In this document: piece after piece, positions 56,959-64,000 of the stretch | Layout of the letters: each line of letters opens with the position of its first letter | Position numbering within the stretch: the first letter of the stretch is position 1 | NCBI GenBank assembly: GCA_964016885.1 | Contig: OZ024740.1 | Location: 21,266,001 to 21,330,000 of the forward strand | From: Eledone cirrhosa | Taxonomy: Eukaryota | Direction of reading: 5' to 3' | DNA length: 64,000 nt | Program-made: the position numbers and the translations under genes | The notes under the pieces: model-generated | Told to the model about the DNA's origin: nothing | Databases searched by the model: none | What the model saw: only the letters and a program-made list of their open reading frames with translations

Positions 56959-56962
<4 letters not shown>
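56470..56962 (+). mobile_element. PLE family C, right arm part 2
   Basis: Reverse complement of 49307-~49770 (e.g. atttcaagagtaacttactctctattttgaaaatttggacgtgaacaac). Ends in (TA)n(TG)n. Confidence 0.85.
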
Positions 56963-57025
<63 letters not shown>

Positions 57026-57060
57026 TGTATGCATGTACGTATGCATATGTATGTATGTAT

Positions 57061-57292
57061 ATACTTCGTTTATCTGAAAACGTGTGTCGAAACAGATATT
57101 GTTATGCTTTTGGAGGGTCATGTTGTCAATAAAAACACACGAACCTGTTGTTTTTTTCATCAATTTATCATAAATTTCCGGTTGGTTGATTCAATAACCA
57201 AATGGTTGTTTATATATTATCAAATCTATTTGCTCACACATTTTGTGACCTCAGTGACTGACTTCTTGTTTCATGCCTCCCCTCTGTTCTGT
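57061..57292 (-). mobile_element. Older solo pLTR related to family A
   Basis: Colinear with ~56170-56440. Encodes MTLQKHNNICFDTRFQI. The hammerhead core is broken (ctga-ggtcaca..tgtgag-caaa). Confidence 0.75.
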
Positions 57293-57404
57293 AAAAACAA
57301 GATTGTGTAAGACAATTACTCTATATAAAACTGCAATTAGAAATATTCATGCCGTGAGGTAAAGATAACATTATTTGACTAATGACAATATCATTACAAC
57401 TCTA

Positions 57405-57575
57405 CTTATTCTTTTACTGGTTGCAGACTTTGGCCATGCTGAAGCACCGTCTTGAACAGATTTAGTCGATTATATCGAATACAGTATTTCATTCTTTCAT
57501 GTCTGGTACTTATTTTAACGATGTCTACTTGTCGAACCGTTAGGTTATTGGACATAAACAAGCAATAAACATAAA
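57405..57575. mobile_element. SINE-like fragment
   Basis: tggccatgctgaagcaccg...tagtcgattatatcga...ctggtacttatttt. Shares a block with 20.48-20.50 kb. Confidence 0.5.
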
Positions 57576-57690
57576 TAGAAACACAGAAGAGACACGGAGG
57601 GAAAAAGTCATTGATAAGGTCACAGATTGTGTGATGAAAGAGCTTTAACAATTAGGTAATTAGACGTTTGGTTGTTCAACCAACCAATGA
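57575..57690 (+). mobile_element. Degenerate family A-like pLTR fragment with a hammerhead variant (57606-57650)
   Basis: AGUCA UUGAUAA G GUCACA-gauug-UGUGAU GAAA gagc UU, followed by tggttgttcaaccaacca as in 56274-56300. Confidence 0.65.
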
Positions 57691-57859
57691 ATGGATTAAT
57701 TCCCTGATTAATAACGAATATATTTCAGTGTCTACATGTTTCTATACATGTAGTTGTTATCAAGCAATCCGATAAATATATCACTGTCTACACGTTTCTA
57801 TACATGTAGCTGTTATCAACCAGTCCATTATATTTGTCTACATGTTTCTGTCTATGTAG

Positions 57860-58066
57860 GTGTCCATGATGAGTCTCTCCACCTTGTTTGCAGTCTTCAC
57901 ACTCACACTAAACGTCACAGAGTTACTAGGTAAACCTCTCTTCTTCATATGGATGTGTTTTATCAATTTCGGCTTTGCTGGAAACTACGCCCTGCTGCCA
58001 TTCGCCAGTTCCAGAGCTGTCGCCCACATATGTGTAGCTGCTCCAGGAGCAGTTTTCTCAGCCATG
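57860..58066 (+). CDS. Internal coding exon of a major facilitator superfamily transporter (oxalate:formate antiporter-like), late transmembrane helices
   Basis: Acceptor tttctgtctatgtAG|, donor ATG|GTAAGT, 207 nt = 69 codons, phase 0-0. The peptide VSMMSLSTLFAVFTLTLNVTELLGKPLFFIWMCFINFGFAGNYALLPFASSRAVAHICVAAPGAVFSAM has hydrophobic helices and a GKxxFFIWxC...GxYALLP pattern. Confidence 0.72.
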
Positions 58067-58104
58067 GTAAGTGATCACCTCTACCTAGTCCTCGTATTCT
58101 GAAT

Positions 58105-58312
58105 GGTGCGGATAGTTGTGGTGGTGATGGTGGTGGTGGTGGTTTTGGTAGTGTTGGTGTTTGTGGTGGTTGTGTTGGTGGGAGTGATGGTAGTGGGGGT
58201 GATGGTGATAGTGGTGGTGGTTGTATATATATGCATGTATATATCTATCTATCTATCTATCTATCTCTCTCTCTCTCTCTCTACATATATATGCATATAT
58301 ATATATGTATGT

Positions 58313-58351
<39 letters not shown>

Positions 58352-58353
58352 TA
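58105..58353. repeat. Compound (GTG)n, (TCTA)n, (CT)n, (TA)n microsatellite
   Basis: Seen directly. Confidence 0.9.
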
Positions 58354-58590
58354 AGAGAAATAAGATTTCGCTTCAAGCATAGCTTTATACAATATGTATA
58401 GAAATTTCGTATTTCCAAAGAAATACGGTTTTAGGAAGCCGTAGCTATGCAAACAGGGAGGGGGGGGGGCTAACGCCCTCTGGTGATGTCCAGCAGAAGC
58501 AAGGGGGACAACCATTTCAGGCTTAACTGGCCTTCGTCAGGACGATCCCTCCCACCGCTTGCGACTCCTGGATTAGAAGACACCCGAGAA
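58354..58590 (-). mobile_element. TA-flanked probable solo pLTR with a hammerhead-like motif (58505-58549)
   Basis: Minus strand CUGACGA AGGC-caguuaa-GCCU GAAA ugg UU guccc. Stem I is weak or bulged. TA runs flank both sides. Confidence 0.5.
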
Positions 58591-58619
58591 TATATATATA
58601 TATAAATATATATAAAGGG

Positions 58620-59035
<416 letters not shown>

Positions 59036-59039
59036 GGGA

Positions 59040-59452
59040 GAGATGACCCCTTAGCCTTTGTCAAGGCAGAATTCTAGGAGAAGGAAAACTCTGATATAAC
59101 ACCTGCAACCCTGATGGTATCCAATGATGTTGACTTGTTCTTCTTTTTGGTAAATATCATCTTGGTTAAGAGAGTGGGACTGGCTTTGTGCAGTACCTTT
59201 GCTCACTATAAAAGCTTCACGGCACAGGCATTGCTTTATATCTGGAGATCTCTCTGCACTTGTCGTCACATGGTACCATGGGCCCAGCACTATGTGTCAA
59301 TAATTGTTACAAGTGTAGTGTTTGTACCAGAGTTTTCAAGTCGCTAGCTGGACTAAAGACTCACACTCGTTCAGCGCATCGGTAGGAGTTCTCCTACATG
59401 GATATAAAGTAGTGGCCGTACTCGAAACCGAGTTGGCAGCCACCATATATAA
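59040..59452 (+). mobile_element. 3' fragment of a probable RTE-clade LINE
   Basis: 59308-59385 reads YKCSVCTRVFKSLAGLKTHTRSAHR* (C2H2 finger). It is followed by a short 3' UTR with the hairpin gtggc..ctcg-aaac-cgag..gccac (59412-59443). The 5' boundary is uncertain. Confidence 0.6.
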
Positions 59453-59833
59453 TATTAAGGATACTATTTATGGTTATGTATATTTTAAACCCTAAACAGT
59501 GAAGGTCAGTAATTTATTACTACCTTATTACCAGTAAGATAAATAGCTCAATGTAATAACACACGCGCATGCCCCACGTGTAACTAACGCATACAATAAC
59601 TACTACATCTGACTAACAAACTATCCTCTTGCATTATCTATGTTTACTGCCGAATGTATTTTAATTTTGTTTTAATTTTGTTTTAATTTTAATTTTGATT
59701 TTGAATTTGAATTGCTATACAGAAATAGTATAGTATAATATATGTCACTCCACTGTACATCAATATATACCTATGTATCTGTATGTCTCTTGCGTTGGAA
59801 AGGAGGTCAATTATGTGTACAAACATTGAAAAA

Positions 59834-59879
59834 CGCTCCGAAGATTCCAGCCTAGGTTTGGATGAAACAATTGTAAGTG
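59834..59879 (+). ncRNA. Hammerhead-like motif at the end of a probable solo pLTR
   Basis: CGCU CCGAAGA U UCCA-gccuagguu-UGGA U GAAA C-AAUU-G UA AGUG: 4-bp stem I, palindromic loop III, GUA site, U4C change. It lies ~40 nt before (TA)n. Confidence 0.55.
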
Positions 59880-59914
59880 AATAAATGCTTTGAACATAGC
59901 TTTGATTCTTGTGA

Positions 59915-59955
<41 letters not shown>

Positions 59956-59957
<2 letters not shown>

Positions 59958-60385
59958 GTAACGAAGGAATTGTGGTAAGCAACCAGATGGACCATAACGC
60001 ACCAAAGTACTCAATACTTAGGGTAGTAGAATGGCTAATAGGAAAGAGTATGGCCCCGACGGCAGAGCTCAAGCTGTTTCGACGGCTATTTCTGGACTAA
60101 ATAAGAATTTTTAGCCTGATAAATAAATAGCCGAACTTCTCAAGGGTTTCTCCCACTCCCTCTTCGTTCTACCGGCAAGTTCAACCACCCCTACCTCCCA
60201 CCAAATGCCATGATACATTCATCTGTCTTTACAACAAACTTTTGACCAGTCCTCTCGAGAATTACTAGCTTCCCAAATAAGGAAATATCCTTGAGAAGTT
60301 CGGCTATTTATTTACCAGGCTAAAAATTCTTATTTAGTCCAGAAATAGCCGTCGAAACGGCTTGAGCTCTGCCGTCGGGGTCATA

Positions 60386-60387
<2 letters not shown>
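59956..60387. mobile_element. Small inverted pLTR pair between two (TA)n tracts (99-bp arms, 60047-60145 and 60289-60387)
   Basis: The arms are near-perfect reverse complements. Each carries UUGAGAA..CGGCUAUUU-loop-AAAUAGCCG..GAAA. Confidence 0.7.
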
Positions 60388-60466
<79 letters not shown>

Positions 60467-60864
60467 CGCACGCACACACATACCTACAGGTAAATACACA
60501 TATGTTCACCAAACGTACGTACGTACGTCAACCAAAACACAATGAACACATATACACACCTTACATACGTGCAATTATATATATATATATATATATATAT
60601 AGCGGCGATGAATTAGTTTTGCGAGGTTTTTTATATGAAATCGTGTGTCGAAACAAATATTGTTATACCTGGGGAGGGTCATATTTGTGTAATATTGCCA
60701 GAATTAATAACAGAACACACTCACTGTTTGGTTGGTTTTCGCTTCTCGCTTCTGTGTCTTTTATATCGGTAATCTAACTTACTCGGTCCTCAATGTTGCC
60801 ATTGACTGACCGACGGTCAAAAATAATACAGATACAATATCGACACAAACACATATATATAGTT

Positions 60865-60908
60865 TATCATAAATCTTTCGTTGCACATCTGCAACATCGT
60901 CAGTGGTG
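60865..60908 (-). ncRNA. Minimal type I hammerhead ribozyme in the family B pLTR
   Basis: CACCA CUGACGA U GUUGCA-gaug-UGCAAC GAAA gauu UA UGAUA. The core and 6-bp stem II are intact and stem I is weak. Confidence 0.7.
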
Positions 60909-61146
60909 TTATATTTTCCTCCTGCTGTAGTGTATGTCTACGCCATTTTTATTCAGTCTGTCTATATATTTATTTATTTATTTGCTCGTTTGTTTATTTT
61001 ATTTTGTCTTCTTTGCGCATGCGTTTGTGTGTGTGTATAGTGTTTTGCTTGCTGTGTGATGGGTGACTAGTGTGTGTTTATGTGCCTGTTGTTATTGTGC
61101 TTGTGTATGTATTTATTTATTCACCTATTTTACCCTATTTACTTAT

Positions 61147-63032
61147 TTATACTTCTCTTAGGTCAGTGTTGTTTGTTTGGGTGTTGTTATTCCATTCATT
61201 CTTTCTGTTTAGCCTTGGTCTTCTAATTTCTATTTCACTGGCCTCTCTGATTTGCCTATCTGCTGGGTCATTTCTATGTTTAGATATTATTCTAATTTCT
61301 ATGTTGTCTATGTTACCGTCATGTTGTTGTCTAGCATGTTCGTATAGTACTGACCCGTTTTTTCGTCCTTTTAGTTTCCCCCAGTGTTGGTCTATCCTTT
61401 CACCTATGCTACGAGCTGTCTCACCTATGTATGTTGTTGTCATGTTTCTGCAAGTACCCTCTGTACATCTTATGCTATAGACTACGTTTCTAGTTTTACA
61501 GTTTATCCGGGGGTTCACCTTACATATGATACATTTCCTATTGGTACAGTGGGTTTTATTAAAAGGGTAGGTTTTGCTGATCAGGGGTTTTATGGTGGTT
61601 CCTGGCTTTTCTACCACCTTTATTTTTAAGTGGGTCTTTCTCAGGGCCTTTCTACACTGGTTAGATAATTTCCCTCCAGGGGTGGCGTCCACAAACATGA
61701 CACTCTGGTATCTCTGGTTGTCGTACCATGAGGTGGCTTTCCCTATCTTATGTCTAGCCCTATCTAAGCTATTCCATGATTTGCTCCTGTATAATGGGAA
61801 AATTCCTTTCATGTCCAGTTCTATGAGGGTCTTATACTTTTCCATGGCTCCTTCGTATACTCTGACTCTGTCTCTTTGGTTGTAGCCAGAGAACTGCATG
61901 CGGTTGATGAAGTGTTGGATGTGTCTTTCCATTTCTGTTGGGTCGCACGTGCGGGACACATTCTTCATCACTCGTACCAAATCTGCGATCAGAATATTAA
62001 ACTTAGCACTACTGGACATTGCTGAGTTTTTGAGTATCAGGTATTTGGAGGCCATGGGTTTAGCATAGTGTGAGTGGAGAATTTGGGCTCTCTCGTCTAT
62101 AGTGTTAATCCAGAGTTCTGTGTCTAATACAGGTAGTCTATTGTTAGGGTGTTTGGAAGGGAAGTCGATAGTTACAGTTATACTCTGGTGTATGGAATTA
62201 GCTATCTGCTGGATGCTTTCCATCGTGTTACGTTCTAAATCAAACTTGTTAGTGCTCTCTAGTGGGGGTGTTCTTATAACTATATTGATATCGTCTACAT
62301 AACGAGAGTACAGGTTGAGGTCTATGGAGCTCTCATTAAGGAGATCTTTAAGTCTCCTTTCCCACCATACCATGAAAAGGTTGGCAACATCACCAGCTAT
62401 GCTGACGCCGATGGCTGCTCTCTCATTTTGGGTGTAGATCTTCCCGTTGAACTTAAATATGTGGCCCTTTAGGGTAGTTTTGATACTAGCCCCTATTGCA
62501 TGTGCGACCATTTTTCTTACCTGATCATTGTTTTGGGGGGTCGGTATAGCTTTGGTCCACCCAATCCACCTTCCCATGGGAGTCTTTTTTGCCATTGAGG
62601 TTATGGTGGGGCTCTACCTCTTATAGGTCTACTAGGGCAGAAACATCTAAGGTCATGGCTGTCTAGGTAGTCAGTGTCGTAGGTAAGTCTAAGTAGGAGG
62701 CCCAGTTCGTCTGTGTCGACGTCGCAGAACTCCACCTCACTCTCAATGATCATCTCCACACATCTTTTCACAGCAAAATCAATGTTAATGGATGGGTACA
62801 GTGACACCACATCCATGCTGCCTATTATGCAGTTGGATAGGCTCCTGTTTTTATTGCACTCACTGATTCTGCTGAGGAGGTCCTCTGTACTGTCACATAC
62901 ATCTGGGGACATCTTGATTATGGGGCGTATAACCATTGAGAGGAAGTAGGAGACCCTATAGTTGCTAGCTATATTAGCTCCGCATACGGGTCTTGTTGGT
63001 GGTCCTGTTGTCGAGTCGTCGACTGTCTTGTG
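61147..63032 (-). pseudogene. Family B RT + GIY-YIG polyprotein, truncated and frameshifted
   Basis: Aligns along its length with the family A protein. Motif B' reads QNERAAIG where family A has QEEGAAIG. Confidence 0.9.
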
Positions 63033-64000
63033 CTAAGTTTAATATTCTGATCGCAGATTTGGTACGAGTGATGAAGAATGTGTCCCGCACGTGCGACCCA
63101 ACAGAAATGGAAAGACACATCCAACACTTCATCAACCGCATGCAGTTCTCTGGCTACAACCAAAGAGACAGAGTCAGAGTATACGAAGGAGCCATGGAAA
63201 AGTATAAGACCCTCATAGAACTGGACATGAAAGGAATTTTCCCATTATACAGGAGCAAATCATGGAATAGCTTAGATAGGGCTAGACATAAGATAGGGAA
63301 AGCCACCTCATGGTACGACAACCAGAGATACCAGAGTGTCATGTTTGTGGACGCCACCCCTGGAGGGAAATTATCTAACCAGTGTAGAAAGGCCCTGAGA
63401 AAGACCCACTTAAAAATAAAGGTGGTAGAAAAGCCAGGAACCACCATAAAACCCCGGATCAGCAAAACCTACCCTTTTAATAAAACCCACTGTACCAATA
63501 GGAAATGTATCATATGTAAGGTGAACCCCCGGATAAACTGTAAAACTAGAAACGTAGTCTATAGCATAAGATGTACAGAGGGTACTTGCAGAAACATGAC
63601 AACAACATACATAGGTGAGACAGCTCGTAGCATAGGTGAAAGGATAGACCAACACTGGGGGAAACTAAAAGGACGAAAAAACGGGTCAGTACTATACGAA
63701 CATGCTAGACAACAACATGACGGTAACATAGACAACATAGAAATTAGAATAATATCTAAACATAGAAATGACCCAGCAGATAGGCAAATCAGAGAGGCCA
63801 GTGAAATAGAAATTAGAAGACCAAGGCTAAACAGAAAGAATGAATGGAATAACAACACCCAAACAAACAACACTGACCTAAGAGAAGTATAAATAAGTAA
63901 ATAGGGTAAAATAGGTGAATAAATAAATACATACACAAGCACAATAACAACAGGCACATAAACACACACTAGTCACCCATCACACAGCAAGCAAAACACT
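63030..64000 (+). mobile_element. PLE family B, inverted shorter copy (runs off the window)
   Basis: Reverse complement of ~61039-62008. The translation differs from the minus copy at one visible residue (KPRIS vs KPLIS). Confidence 0.95.

Larger units (their letters stand above)
60599..63032 (-). mobile_element. PLE family B, 5'-truncated copy with pLTR
   Basis: Frame open from 63032 (HKTVDDSTTGPPTRPVCGAN...SMDVVSLYPSI), with a frameshift near 62605. ORF 62595-61147 then has RYVDD, CTNRKCIIC and YIGETARS, followed by a hammerhead and an MTLPRYNN tail. Confidence 0.95.

Overview
Eukaryotic, AT-rich, repeat-dominated DNA. The SINE types and microsatellite load suggest a cephalopod, probably an octopus (inference). 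Layout: (1) 1-19,008 is a 62-bp satellite with a 59-mer (3,658-bp) higher-order duplication and a recurring phase-preserving 87-bp inversion. (2) 19.0-21.2 kb is SINE/MITE/LINE debris, including an RNase H remnant. (3) 21.2-48.0 kb is a 32-bp satellite with a nested 5,389-bp higher-order repeat, interrupted by a 5'-truncated CR1-type LINE (22,587-24,830). (4) 48-64 kb is a (TA)n-rich hotspot of Penelope-like elements (PLEs) from several families, mostly as fold-back inverted pairs. One 5.7-kb palindrome is nested inside another. The region holds about eight minimal hammerhead ribozyme motifs, and the PLE tails preserve the otherwise missing ORF N-terminus. One host exon (57,860-58,066, MFS transporter-like) suggests much of the window is intronic. 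Short ORFs in satellites and microsatellites are artefacts. No searches were run; family assignments rest on motifs read by eye.
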